The notes: generated by a model from the letters alone, not told the origin. A stretch of DNA of 64,000 nt from an uncultured Acidimicrobiia bacterium (GCA_963786955.1 CAWBAT010000004.1:648495-712494), one strand, 5' to 3'. Numbered from the stretch's first letter, positions 29,343 to 40,091 are shown. Numbers and translations are program-made.

Positions 29343-30153
29343 ATTTCATTAACTCCTTCATCCTAAGTCTATCAATAAGGATGGCCAATGAAACCATTAT
29401 CATATATTCCAGCGCTTTGAAGTACCGAATGGAAGAGACCCCTCCTTGCCTTTCGTGCATCTTGACGGGGATCTCCCCGATCCGCAGCTTATTGCGTGCA
29501 CACCAAAATAAAGATACAGGTTCCGGAAAATCTTCAGGATAATACTCAGCAAATCGTTCCCAAACAACGGGTCCCGCACAACGAAAACCACTGGTCGGAT
29601 CTGTGATCTTCAATCCCGAAAGCAAATGAATCAATGAGGAGCAGAAGCGTATCCCCATCCGCCTCCGAATTGTTGATTGAAAATTGCCCTTCCCCGAGTA
29701 TAGGAAACGCGACCCGATGCACAAATCAAGTTTGTTCGTTTCACACTCAGAAACAAGAGACTCTATGTACTCTGGGTCATGCTGTCCGTCTGCATCGAAC
29801 TGAATCACATACCGATAGTTCCCTCGCCTTTTGGCATATATGTATCCCGTCTGAACAGCTACTCCAATTCCTCCGTTGGAAATCATGCTGACAATTTGGA
29901 CTTCCAACTTACTTTCCTTCTTTGCACTCCTAGCTCTGTGAATTGTTTTGTCATTAGAGCCGTCGTCGACGATGAGGACTTCGTAATCAGCGGGCAGACA
30001 CTGCAAGCCCGCCACAGTCTTCTCCAAAGACTCCTCCTCGTTATATGCAGGGATGACAATCAAGTTTTTCACTGAACCAGCCCGCAAGATATTAGAAAAC
30101 TCCCGAGAATTGAATTGGTGAGTATCATGGGGATATGACTCACTTTCCCCCAA
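29332..30153 (-). CDS. Polyprenyl-phosphate sugar synthase-like GT2 glycosyltransferase (DPM1/GtrB/ArnC-like)
   Basis: 273 aa. IVIPAYNEEESL, VDDGSND, FDADGQHDP (DxD), and a C-terminal hydrophobic segment. Confidence 0.75.
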   Translation of the reverse strand: MGESESYPHDTHQFNSREFSNILRAGSVKNLIVIPAYNEEESLEKTVAGLQCLPADYEVLIVDDGSNDKTIHRARSAKKESKLEVQIVSMISNGGIGVAVQTGYIYAKRRGNYRYVIQFDADGQHDPEYIESLVSECETNKLDLCIGSRFLYSGKGNFQSTIRRRMGIRFCSSLIHLLSGLKITDPTSGFRCAGPVVWERFAEYYPEDFPEPVSLFWCARNKLRIGEIPVKMHERQGGVSSIRYFKALEYMIMVSLAILIDRLRMKELMKFER

Positions 30154-30309
30154 TATCCCGGGGAGGATATCCTCGAACGCAACCGTTATTTTATTTGAGA
30201 ATTTCTTTTTTTCCCATATTCATTTCTAAGGAGATGAGATCCACGCATAGTATCTTGCCCAAAGAATTGTCATGATCCGTATGAAATGCTATTTTGCCCA
30301 TGTCTCTGA

Positions 30310-31347
30310 ATGTTGAATAAGATCAGCAGGGCAGATGGGATGACACAAGCTACCATAATCGTGGTGAACCATAATGGAACTATGTTACTAGAGGACTGTT
30401 TAAAATCTCTCAATGACCAAACCTACACCGACTTCGAGGTTTTATTTGTGGATAACGGATCGACGGATGACTCAATCCTCAACGCCAGGCGGATCTTGCC
30501 GAAAATCCGTGTTATGTCATTATGTGAGAACTCCGGATGGGCAAAAGCGAACAACATTGGAATTTGCAATTCCGAGAGCGAATTCATTGTCTTGCTGAAT
30601 AACGATACTCGCGCAGACCCGAATTTCCTATTAGAGCTGGTCAAAGCAGCCGGAGCCAACCCTAAGGTGGGAATGGTCGCTCCAAAGATTCTCAATTTCT
30701 ATGAGCCGCGAGTCATTGATTCGGTCGGCGGACTGGTCATTTGCCGTGACGGGATTGCGCAAGGGCTTGGCAGAGGAGAAATCGATAACAGCCAATATGA
30801 TGACTTGAAAGAAATCCTAATTCCCAGTGGTTGCGCTGCATTGTATCGTAAGACAATGTTGGATGAAATCGGATTATTTGACGAAACGTTCTTTGCCTAT
30901 TGTGAGGATTCAGATCTGGCTTTGCGCGGGTTATGGGCAGGATGGTTAGCCGTCGCAGCGCCTAAAGCCATTGTTTATCACAAATACTCTGCAACTAGCG
31001 GGGGCTACTCGCCCATTAAGCTCTACTTAGTCGAACGAAACCATTTCTATGTAGCAATCAGGAACTTCCCATTACGAATGATCCTGTTACTCCCAGTATG
31101 GACTGTCTATCGATTTGCGCTAATGACTATAGCCATCATCGCCAATAGAGGCAAGAGTGTAGCGCTGCAAGGAAGCCGCTGGCCGGATCTACTCACCGCT
31201 TTATTGCGAGCACAATTTCATGCGGCTTACCGAGCCTGGCCACAACTTATGCACAGAACTAAGATCCGCCGAATATCCAGCAAACAATTTACCCAAAGGA
31301 TAAAGGCCTATCGACTCTCAATGCGGCAAATGGTCTTCAAACGATGA
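30310..31347 (+). CDS. Glycosyltransferase family 2
   Basis: 345 aa. ATIIVVNHNG...VDNGSTDDS, LLNNDT, CEDSD motif and C-terminal TM helices. Confidence 0.75.
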   Translation: MLNKISRADGMTQATIIVVNHNGTMLLEDCLKSLNDQTYTDFEVLFVDNGSTDDSILNARRILPKIRVMSLCENSGWAKANNIGICNSESEFIVLLNNDTRADPNFLLELVKAAGANPKVGMVAPKILNFYEPRVIDSVGGLVICRDGIAQGLGRGEIDNSQYDDLKEILIPSGCAALYRKTMLDEIGLFDETFFAYCEDSDLALRGLWAGWLAVAAPKAIVYHKYSATSGGYSPIKLYLVERNHFYVAIRNFPLRMILLLPVWTVYRFALMTIAIIANRGKSVALQGSRWPDLLTALLRAQFHAAYRAWPQLMHRTKIRRISSKQFTQRIKAYRLSMRQMVFKR

Positions 31348-31416
31348 AGCCTATAGCGGTGCTTTACCCTTTCTGGAAATTAGAGTGAAAGTCTTGATTT
31401 GTAGAGGAGGCAATTA

Positions 31417-32007
31417 TTGCCGTTTTTTAGCAAAGTTGTTGGCCGCTTTTCACCATCCCTGCTTCGCATAGTACGAAATAGTCTCTTAGACTTATCTCGA
31501 ATTCGTACTGTCTTGCCGCTCGCCGGAAGAGTACTTGAGATCGGGTGTGGATATGGCCATGTGCTTTCTCAGTTAGCAGAGGAAAGAACCGACTTACAAT
31601 TCCTTGGAATTGACAAAGATGCCGAAGCGATTGACTTTGCCCAAGAAAAGTGGAAATTCCCCAACTTGCAATTCCATCAAGTATCGCTCGAAGAGCTCAA
31701 AGAGCCCTTTGATTTGGTATTGATTCTTGATGTTATTCATCATCTGCCAGACGGGGTTGAAAATCATATTTTCAAGGAGAGCCATCGCCTGCTGGGAGAG
31801 AATGGCCTGCTCTTCGTGAAGGACATTCCCATTCAAAATTGCAAGATCGGAGTGTTCTTGGATAAGTATGTTTCAAGACAACCTCCGCTCGTCCGCAATG
31901 ATGATCAGTTACGGAGTGCCCTGAAGTCATATTTCAAGCTAATCAGTTGGGAAACTCCAACCAGGCTGAAGATGGGAGAGCTTTATTTCCTGGCAGAAAA
32001 GCTCTAA
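31417..32007 (+). CDS. SAM-dependent methyltransferase
   Basis: TTG start 7 nt after GAGGAGG. VLEIGCGYGH (motif I) ... DLVLILDVIHHLPD. Confidence 0.65.
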   Translation: MPFFSKVVGRFSPSLLRIVRNSLLDLSRIRTVLPLAGRVLEIGCGYGHVLSQLAEERTDLQFLGIDKDAEAIDFAQEKWKFPNLQFHQVSLEELKEPFDLVLILDVIHHLPDGVENHIFKESHRLLGENGLLFVKDIPIQNCKIGVFLDKYVSRQPPLVRNDDQLRSALKSYFKLISWETPTRLKMGELYFLAEKL

Positions 32008-32122
32008 GAGCTACTCAATACCCTTCGCGGGTTCCCTCAATTGCGTCAGCGATGGCCAGCGACTCGAAAATTTTCAATGAGTGTTCCAATGATAGGAACC
32101 TGCAAAATTCTCAGGAAGATCT

Positions 32123-32872
32123 ATGATTTATGAATCGGTAAATATTCCACTATGGCGCAATCTGAAAAACATTTCCGGTGCAAGAATATTGGACATCGGT
32201 TGTGGAGCAGGCGCTCTAGGTGAATTACTGTCGAAGAATGGAAATTGCGTGGATGGAATTACCAATTCTCAAGAGGAGTTGGTCATGGCCTCCAAGAGAC
32301 TGCACAAGGTATTTCTTATCGACTTGAACGATCCCATCAAGATTCGAACCGAGATCCGTGAATCATATGAAATCATTTTATTTGCGGGAGTTTTAGAGCA
32401 TTTGGTTCATCCAATAGAAACGCTTAGATTGTTTGATCGGAACCTGACTTCTGATGGCCAAATCCACATCTCCCTTCCCAACGTCGCTTGCTTCTACGTT
32501 CGCATCGGTCTTCTCTTGGGGAAATTCGATCCCTTAGAGGAGGGTGGAATTCTGGATAAAACGCATTTGCATCATTACACTTTGAAGACTGCCAAAGAAA
32601 TGATTCACGATGCAGGGCTTCGGATTGAGAAGATTGACTTTATGCCAGGTATTTCTGTCTGGCTATACCAGAATTTTCTCAAAAGGGGACTCCCTACCCC
32701 AGGTGAAAAAATGGTGGAGAGAAAAGACTTCCAGATCTATGAAGGTTATGTGTACCCAGTAGAACGTTTCGTTGGATCCATTTGGAGGTGCATGTTTGCT
32801 AACGAATTTCAGTTCGTCTGCGGCCGACAGAACAGACAGAATGCTGATGACATCAAAGCTGGGTTGCGTTAG
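32123..32872 (+). CDS. SAM-dependent methyltransferase
   Basis: ILDIGCGAGALG (motif I), FLIDLND, ILFAGVLEHLVHP. Confidence 0.65.
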   Translation: MIYESVNIPLWRNLKNISGARILDIGCGAGALGELLSKNGNCVDGITNSQEELVMASKRLHKVFLIDLNDPIKIRTEIRESYEIILFAGVLEHLVHPIETLRLFDRNLTSDGQIHISLPNVACFYVRIGLLLGKFDPLEEGGILDKTHLHHYTLKTAKEMIHDAGLRIEKIDFMPGISVWLYQNFLKRGLPTPGEKMVERKDFQIYEGYVYPVERFVGSIWRCMFANEFQFVCGRQNRQNADDIKAGLR

Positions 32873-32934
32873 AAACAAGACTCGGGCATTTCAATACTGA
32901 CGGGTTCCGGGGGGAACTCGGGGAGACGTCAAGA

Positions 32935-33618
32935 ATGGGAATCGAACTAGAACGCATATCCGATGACGCCTTCATCCCGAAATGGGTTGGGCATGAACAC
33001 TTGGCTCGATTTAATTTTGCCGCTGAGCGGGTAAAAGGGAAACGCGTAATTGACTGCGCTTGCGGGACAGGGTTTGGTTCGAGCCTGTTTGTGGCGGCTG
33101 GAGCAAGCTCAGTTTTAGCTTTCGACGTTTCTGAACAAACAATTTCGCAATCCATTCTCAAATATCAGGCACCCAATCTAAAGTTTCAGGTTGGCTCGGC
33201 TCTCAATCTTCCAGTACCCGATCAGTCTGCCGATATCTTCATATCATTAGAGACCATTGAACATTTGGAAAAAGACCGCGAATTCCTGTCCGAAGTACAT
33301 CGTGTCCTGGGGCCGGGAGGCATCTTCATTTGTTCCACACCCAATCGAACCGTAACCAATCCCGGGAAGGAGATTGTCGATAGGCCTTGGAACCCATTTC
33401 ATATCCGGGAATATTCCGAAAAAGAATTCCTCGACTTGTTGAAGACCGAGTTTGAAAGAGTGACAATCTACGGACAAAACCCCAAGAAGAGGTGGAAAGT
33501 GAATCTTATGGAAAAAATCGGGAGAGTAATGCCTTTTCATGGGGCCGTGCGGATTAACCAGATTTTAAAGCTCCCTCACATGGCCCTGGATAAGGTCGAG
33601 GGGACCATTTGGTCTTAG
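32935..33618 (+). CDS. SAM-dependent methyltransferase
   Basis: VIDCACGTGFGS (motif I), AFDVSE, IFISLETIEHLEKD, LGPGGIFICSTPNR. Confidence 0.65.
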   Translation: MGIELERISDDAFIPKWVGHEHLARFNFAAERVKGKRVIDCACGTGFGSSLFVAAGASSVLAFDVSEQTISQSILKYQAPNLKFQVGSALNLPVPDQSADIFISLETIEHLEKDREFLSEVHRVLGPGGIFICSTPNRTVTNPGKEIVDRPWNPFHIREYSEKEFLDLLKTEFERVTIYGQNPKKRWKVNLMEKIGRVMPFHGAVRINQILKLPHMALDKVEGTIWS

Positions 33619-33674
33619 ATACAAAGGGGGATCATGATTATGAGTATCTGGTGGCAGTTTGTCATTAGGGTGAG

Positions 33675-34283
33675 CTAAGATCTCGACTTGTTCTTTTTCA
33701 ACCTTGAACAAAAAAGGGCTCCGGTCATGATCACCAATATCACAAATCGCAGTGGGAGAAGCATTAACCTCATGCCCGCCCAGTACCCAGAGTAAAGGGG
33801 CTTTCGGATTCTCTGTGCCCATGACCGTGGAAGCAGCGCACCCTCACGAGCTCTGGCAGAAACGATGGCCTTGAGATAGCTCGGCTTCAAATACTCACAG
33901 TCTAGATTTTCGTTGAATACTAAGAGACGTTTGCCTCCGCAGAGAAGTGCAAACGTCTTCGTTCTAGCCCGCTCAGCATCCTGGCACCAAAGAACCGCAA
34001 TAACATCGTAGCTCGCTTTGCGAATTCGCCTGCAAAGTTGCAGCGCCGCCCAATATTCCTGACGATGTGGGAAGACCAGAACTTTTTGAATTTGGGGTTG
34101 TCCCTCGTAATCCAATAAATCTGCCGAGCTGCACAGAAGGTCGATCTGGGGAGATCGGAACACGGAGTCATGCAGAATTCCTAATGCCCTCGTGACATTG
34201 GGAATTGTCGATGTGCAAACCAAAAGAACTCTTTCAGCCATTCCGGTTCTCCACGAGCTCGAGGAAGCGAGGACGGAGGACAT
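33675..34283 (-). CDS. Hypothetical protein with a C-terminal TM helix (weak GT9-like N-terminal resemblance)
   Basis: 202 aa. No clear motif. Lies between the methyltransferase block and the GT4 gene. Confidence 0.35.
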   Translation of the reverse strand: MSSVLASSSSWRTGMAERVLLVCTSTIPNVTRALGILHDSVFRSPQIDLLCSSADLLDYEGQPQIQKVLVFPHRQEYWAALQLCRRIRKASYDVIAVLWCQDAERARTKTFALLCGGKRLLVFNENLDCEYLKPSYLKAIVSARAREGALLPRSWAQRIRKPLYSGYWAGMRLMLLPLRFVILVIMTGALFCSRLKKNKSRS

Positions 34284-35446
34284 TCCAATCGTACTTTTCC
34301 CGAATCATTTTCCTGGCATTTGCCCCAAGTTCGGCTCTGAAGTTGGGATGAAGTAGAAGTCGAGTGATCTGGTCTGAGAATTCCTCAGCGGTTTCGGCGA
34401 GGAGCAGGTGTTCACCCTCTTTGACAGAAAATCCGGCTGCAGCGAGGCGCGTGGCAACTACCGCCTTCCCCATTGAGAAAGCCTCTAGCAGTTTAACCCT
34501 CATGCCATTCCCCGAATGCAAGGGTGCAACGAAAATGTCGGCCTGATCATACGCCGCGCGGATATCCGGAAGGTAACCCAGGAGATGAGTTCCGCCACCC
34601 GCTTCCAGCAAAGTTCGATCCAATAAACCTGCGTTGGCCCCTGCGATGCAGAATTCGACGTTGGCAACATGGGATTGCAGCCGCGGCAGAATCTTTTGAA
34701 CAAAAAGTAAGACGGCTTCCCGATTGGGTGGATGTCGATAGTTGCCAACAAATAGCAACCGGGGGATCAGTCTCGTTTCTGGTTGGGGGACTCGAGGCCG
34801 GAAATAGTCGCTATCCACTCCAATGGGAATCCATCTCAGTTTAGCGGATGGGATGAACGAACTGAGAAGGCTACGATCCTGTTCCGTCATGCACACAATC
34901 CGGTCAAACTGTCGGCACATTCGTATTTCATAGTTAAACTGGGATAACCATTCATAGAATTTGCCCATTTTTGCGCTGTAACTCGGCCCTGTTCGAACGT
35001 CGTCCCAAGAATTGGCAAAGTGCACTTCATGCTCCGTAAGAATTCTGAGTAACGGAACATCAGGGGGCACGTGCTGTCCCATTTGTATAAACTCAACTTG
35101 CACAACGTCGTAATGGTTCTTGGCCAAAGCGTCTCGAACCAAAGTCTTCAAGTCGGTTGAGGCATATTCCCAATGCTCTCTGGGTTTGGACAACAGGAGA
35201 TCTTGTGCCCGGGACTGGGCGCCGTAGCACGGTCTTCACTTGGACACCAAGAGCCTCTATTTCATGAATATTCTCCAGTTCTTGCTCCTGTTCAATAAAT
35301 GAAATTAAGGTAACAAAATGTTTCTCAGCCAGAATCTTCAGATTGTGAAACATCCTGGCTCCTCCACCATGAAGTCCAAGTACCGGCAGATGAGCGGAGA
35401 GAAAGAGTATCTTGAGAGGAGGCATCAGCAGGATCACCCAATACAA
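34234..35446 (-). pseudogene. Glycosyltransferase family 4 (GT-B), split by a frameshift near 35200-35230
   Basis: The N-terminal GT4 domain (MKILFLSAHLPVLGLHGGGARMF..., track ORF 35093-35446) and the C-terminal GT4 domain (track ORF 34234-35193; ...EXFGxxxxEA-like EAFSMGKAVVATR) lie in different frames with a 100-nt overlap. Confidence 0.5.
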
Positions 35447-35623
35447 TTGAAAGTCAGCATCTCGAGGTTCAGTCAGCGATAAATTCTACAAATTCATTAA
35501 CGAATCCCATGTTTCCGATCCGACCCTGAAGGCTAGGATGGAAGCCTTTTTTCAAGAGAAAACCTGTCAGGGTCTCTTCAAGCTTGATCATGGAAACGTG
35601 TTCTTTAAAATGAAAAGGTACTC

Positions 35624-37195
35624 CTATACCAGGCGCATTGCGGCTATGATCACACCCAATTCCCGCTGGTCGTCAGATTTTTCGATTTGAGCAGGGCAAA
35701 AGCTGTGCGCCAAAAGTAGCTTGAAGGCCTGGCAGCCGGGTTTACTCACATGAATGGGAATTGACAGCGCCAATTCTTCAGAATTGCTCCATCGGGCTTC
35801 ATAAATCTTCCTGTCGTTATGGTAAACAGACATCCTCTGGCACCGACTGAGGTAGTTGTTAATTTCTGGTATGGTCCCCCGAATTTCCAAAATTCTTTCG
35901 CTCCCCAGCGAAAACAAAAAGAACCTGCATTCGCGGGCAGTCCACCGGAAACTCTTTTCGCCGTCGTTTTCTAAGTTGTGCCATCCTTCTCCCAATTGGT
36001 CTAGAAAGTCAGACTGGGAAAAATCAATGGAACTGTGCCCCTGCTCAGGAAGATCCTTCGCAGTCTCCTGGAAAATATCGGGATCATCCATAACATAAAT
36101 CTTTCTCATGCGTTGGCGCTTCAAGATCGCTTCGGGCAACTGGATCAACGCTCTGAAGAAAGCCTTAAATTCAAATGAGACCGTTGTCTGGGCAAGTAGC
36201 CGAGCTTGGGTCAAGGGAAGAAAAAGGGCATGTTGGATGGTCCACGGGAGTGATGTAATGTTCTTCCACACGAACAAGTATTGGTTTTTTCGGATCGTGT
36301 TATCGACGTAATTGTCACCAAATTTGAGTTTGTTCGTCCCGCGATGACGGTGGATAACGATGCTGTCAACAGCGAGCAGGCTTTTCCATCCCCTCTTCCA
36401 AGCCTGATAGGAGAGGTCCGTGTCCTCCAGGTAGAAAGGGTCATATAGAGTGTCTAACCCTCCGATTTCCTGAACCTTTCTCTTGTCAAAAGCACAAGAC
36501 CCGCCCCCACCCCAAAAAATGGGTACAACCTTCTTGCGAATGTCTGAAGTCAGAATCTGGTCGTGGTAAGGTTCGAGAAAACCCCATTTCCAGCGGGCCC
36601 GTGTTTTGCCGGTTTCTTCACGCCGCTTTTCTCTGTCCTGAAAGAAGACTTGGCAGGAGACCGAAAAAACACCCTCCTGCGCAAACCCCTCAAGAAGTGG
36701 CTTGATGAAATCCGGGTCCACCTGCATATCATTATTCAGGAAGATCACGATGTCATTTAGAGCCGCTTGGATACCGGCATTGTTTCCCCCTGTATAGCGC
36801 ATGTTTCGTGGCAACGGAACGACCCGAATACCCGGGAACCGGGCCTTTAGAAAGGCGACACTGCCATCCGTGCTTCCATTGTCAACGACTAGGATTTCGT
36901 GGTCACGGCCATCCTCTTTAACGGCGGCTACAACGGAAGGTAGAAATTCTTCCAGTAAATGTTTCCCTTCCCAATTCAAGACAACGATACTTGCCTTCTC
37001 GATATTCACCCCTGAAGGTGGGGCAAACGTTCGTTGGCTGAGAACGGGGCTGAGAAGAAAGTAAAAAAGGTCCGACAGGAAAAGAGAAAGGCCAACCAGA
37101 ATGTCAAAAGGCAGAAGGAACAGTACCGTGACGAGGGAGGTCCAAAAACGGAGGCGAAACAATCTGGCAGACAAAATCATCGCACTGAAAGACAT
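35624..37195 (-). CDS. Glycosyltransferase family 2 with N-terminal TM segments and a C-terminal ~170-aa extension
   Basis: 523 aa. ASIVVLNWEG...VVDNGSTDGS, NNDMQVD (DxD), YLEDTDLSYQAWKRGW. Confidence 0.7.
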   Translation of the reverse strand: MSFSAMILSARLFRLRFWTSLVTVLFLLPFDILVGLSLFLSDLFYFLLSPVLSQRTFAPPSGVNIEKASIVVLNWEGKHLLEEFLPSVVAAVKEDGRDHEILVVDNGSTDGSVAFLKARFPGIRVVPLPRNMRYTGGNNAGIQAALNDIVIFLNNDMQVDPDFIKPLLEGFAQEGVFSVSCQVFFQDREKRREETGKTRARWKWGFLEPYHDQILTSDIRKKVVPIFWGGGGSCAFDKRKVQEIGGLDTLYDPFYLEDTDLSYQAWKRGWKSLLAVDSIVIHRHRGTNKLKFGDNYVDNTIRKNQYLFVWKNITSLPWTIQHALFLPLTQARLLAQTTVSFEFKAFFRALIQLPEAILKRQRMRKIYVMDDPDIFQETAKDLPEQGHSSIDFSQSDFLDQLGEGWHNLENDGEKSFRWTARECRFFLFSLGSERILEIRGTIPEINNYLSRCQRMSVYHNDRKIYEARWSNSEELALSIPIHVSKPGCQAFKLLLAHSFCPAQIEKSDDQRELGVIIAAMRLV

Positions 37196-37237
37196 TCATG
37201 AAAGGATTTGGGAGCCGGGAGATCCTACTCGGTGATT

Positions 37238-37915
37238 TCAGTTACTGAACCGGAATTTCACCAGGGTCCAGATGGCTGAAAACCCATCACGCCAGGTGAT
37301 TTTCTTCCCTTGCTCAAAGCTTCTTCCAGCATAGGAAATGGGGACTTCAACGATCCGTAATCGTCGCTTCAAGAGCTTAGCCGTAATCTCCGGCTCGAAG
37401 TTAAATCGATTGGAAACGATTCGAATGCTTTGGATCGTTTCTCTGGGAAAAAGCTTATAACAAGTCTCCATGTCTGTGATGGATGTCTGGAAGAGAATAT
37501 TGGTCATGAGAGTCAGGAATTGATTTCCAAAGTTATGGAGAGAGCTCATATTGTGACGTTTTCCGCTAAACCTTGAACCAAACACGACGTCCGCCTGTCC
37601 TTCCAATAAAGGTTGAAGCAGCTTAGGATATTCCCCTGGATCATATTCCAGGTCGGCATCCTGGACGATGACAAAATCCCCGGTTGCATGCTGAAACCCT
37701 GTTCTTAGGGCAGCCCCTTTCCCCATGTTTCGTTCATGATAAAGCACTCTCACTCCCTCTTTCTCCAACTGTTGCAGTAGCCCGCGAGTGCCGTCAGTCG
37801 AATAATCATCGACGAGGATAATCTCCTTCTCGAGGGAGACAGATTGCACTTTGTTGACAATTTCCAACAAGGTCGATCGTTCGTTATAGACAGGAATGAT
37901 GACTGTCAGTTTCAC
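37238..37915 (-). CDS. Polyprenyl-phosphate glycosyltransferase-like GT2 (DPM1-like, soluble catalytic domain)
   Basis: 225 aa. LTVIIPVYNE, VDDYSTDGT, QDADLEYDP. Confidence 0.75.
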   Translation of the reverse strand: MKLTVIIPVYNERSTLLEIVNKVQSVSLEKEIILVDDYSTDGTRGLLQQLEKEGVRVLYHERNMGKGAALRTGFQHATGDFVIVQDADLEYDPGEYPKLLQPLLEGQADVVFGSRFSGKRHNMSSLHNFGNQFLTLMTNILFQTSITDMETCYKLFPRETIQSIRIVSNRFNFEPEITAKLLKRRLRIVEVPISYAGRSFEQGKKITWRDGFSAIWTLVKFRFSN

Positions 37916-37935
37916 CGGACTCTACCTACTTATTC

Positions 37936-38796
37936 TCAACTCTTTGACGGTCTCGTCGAAATATACTCCAGCAAAGCATCCTGCCAGGATTTTAAATCAT
38001 CCATGCCCCATTTTTTGAGGTGCGCATTCTCCATTACGGAAAAGGCCGGTCGCCTGGCAGGCGATTTGAATTCAGCCGAAGTCGTCGGCGAAAGGTCTGC
38101 TTTGATTCCAACAAATTCAAAGACGGCCGCCGCAAATTCATACCAGGAGCAGGCACCTTGAGACGTCACGTGATAAAGTCCATAATGCTTAGTCTGGATC
38201 AACTCCGCGACCTTTCGGGCTAATTCGCGGGTACTAGTTGGAGTCAGCACTTGATCGTGGACCACACGAATCGAGTCACGGGCTATAGCTTTTTGCAGCA
38301 TCGTTTCAACAAAATTACCGCCCTTTCCGCTACTGCCTGCATGACCATACAGACCACAGGTCCGTATCACAAAGCTCTTTTCCCAAAGATAGCGGATGAT
38401 TTTCTCTCCCGCGAGCTTCGAGACTCCATAAGCATTGACCGGGTTGGTTTCATCCTGCTCCAACAGGGGCCGACGAAGGTTCCCCTCAAAGACATAATCC
38501 GTGCTGAAATGGACGAGAGTGGCGTCAACGGCTCGGGCCGCTATGCATAGATTCTTAACGCCTAAGGCATTGACTTGGAAAGCGGCGAGGCTCTCCGTTT
38601 CACACAAATCGACTTTGTGAAAAGCAGCCGTATTGATGATAATTTCCGGGCGGAGGGCCTGGACTTGTTGAACCACCTGCTCGGGAATGGTCACATCGAG
38701 GATCGCATGGGTCGTTCCAGAAACTTGATGCGCTAATAGGGATTTTCTGAGGTCAGACCCGAGCTGGCCATTCGCCCCGATCAGCAGGATCTTCAA
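37936..38796 (-). CDS. rfbD: dTDP-4-dehydrorhamnose reductase (RmlD/RfbD family)
   Basis: 286 aa. MKILLIGANGQLGSDL (GxxGxxG), YxxxK (YGVSKLAGE), and family-typical length. Confidence 0.75.
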   Translation of the reverse strand: MKILLIGANGQLGSDLRKSLLAHQVSGTTHAILDVTIPEQVVQQVQALRPEIIINTAAFHKVDLCETESLAAFQVNALGVKNLCIAARAVDATLVHFSTDYVFEGNLRRPLLEQDETNPVNAYGVSKLAGEKIIRYLWEKSFVIRTCGLYGHAGSSGKGGNFVETMLQKAIARDSIRVVHDQVLTPTSTRELARKVAELIQTKHYGLYHVTSQGACSWYEFAAAVFEFVGIKADLSPTTSAEFKSPARRPAFSVMENAHLKKWGMDDLKSWQDALLEYISTRPSKS

Positions 38797-39896
38797 TGGT
38801 CGGCTCCCTGCATCCTTCGCATCGGGTTCCCCGCGGCGGGCTGGGACGAGGGGCCCGAAGTAACGTCAAAGACGGATCCGGTCACTTGGATAATTTTGTC
38901 GGCTTCCTCCAGGAGTTTCATCCAGGCAATGTTGTTGTAGCGAGGATTGTCAAAATCCGAATAGCGGTATCGCGAAATGCTTTCCACCATATCTTTCACA
39001 GCCTCTTCTACCGAAACCGCTGGCTTAAAATCTAGTGTTCTCTCCAGCTTTTTCCCGGAAACACGGTAGCTCCGGACCCCATGATAACGATAATCCGGCT
39101 TCAATTCTGTCTTGATCCCTACCTCTCTGAGAGCTTCAATGACCCGCAAGGCCAACTCCGAGATCCGGAAATTCCCATAGACCACATTGAAAATTTGGCC
39201 TTTCACCTTACTTTCCTCTGCCTCCAAACATGTAATGTACGCACGGGCTGCATCCCGCACATCCACAAGAGGACGCCACATCTCTCCACCATAATGGGTG
39301 GTGAGATATCCCTTCGAGAGGACATCTTTCAAGAACGTATTGACTACCAGATCGTAGCGCATCCTTGGAGAAAATCCGTAGATCGTCCCTTTGCGAAGAA
39401 TGACCGGAGAAAAGTCCTCATCGTTCATGGACAACAAGATCCTCTCGGCTTGGTACTTTGAGCTCGAGTAGGCCGCTTTTGGATTCACCGGGACTTCTTC
39501 ATCCAAGAGAATATCCTTTTCATCATTCCCGATGCCAACATCATAAATGGAACAAGAGGATGCAAATATGAATCGCCGGACGCCTCGTTTCTTGCAAATC
39601 TTGGCGAGGTGTTCCGTCGCTTGGGTATTCATCTCAAAATTGGCTTTGGGATTGTATTCGGCAGTAGGATCATTGGACAAACCACTCAAATTAATCACTG
39701 CATCCACTTCGTCCAACACCGAACTATCCATGGTTCGGATATCTCCGGCCACAAGCTTTATTCTTTCCAATACTTCACGGATACCCTGGTCGCCGTAATA
39801 CAGACGGTCAAATACCTTGACCGCATAGCCGCGCTCCAACAATTCTCGAACTAAAACGGAACCTACATAACCTGCGCCTCCAACCACTAAGATCAT
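38793..39896 (-). CDS. NAD-dependent nucleotide-sugar epimerase/dehydratase (extended SDR)
   Basis: 367 aa. MILVVGGAGYVGS, catalytic YSSSK. 4-nt overlap with rfbD. Confidence 0.8.
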   Translation of the reverse strand: MILVVGGAGYVGSVLVRELLERGYAVKVFDRLYYGDQGIREVLERIKLVAGDIRTMDSSVLDEVDAVINLSGLSNDPTAEYNPKANFEMNTQATEHLAKICKKRGVRRFIFASSCSIYDVGIGNDEKDILLDEEVPVNPKAAYSSSKYQAERILLSMNDEDFSPVILRKGTIYGFSPRMRYDLVVNTFLKDVLSKGYLTTHYGGEMWRPLVDVRDAARAYITCLEAEESKVKGQIFNVVYGNFRISELALRVIEALREVGIKTELKPDYRYHGVRSYRVSGKKLERTLDFKPAVSVEEAVKDMVESISRYRYSDFDNPRYNNIAWMKLLEEADKIIQVTGSVFDVTSGPSSQPAAGNPMRRMQGADH

Positions 39897-40091
39897 CTTA
39901 ATCCTCCGCAGAAGATTTAGTCAGTTGCGCTCGTGCCAACTGTGAGCCCCCAACTCAATGACTCTCTTGGGGGGACTCATTTCTATATAACAAAGTTAAA
40001 ATCAGTTTGAAACGCCCAAAAAACGAATGATTGCACAGTTTACGTGAAGAATCGACTCGAGATCCAAATTTGTCGACTTTAACCTATCGTT

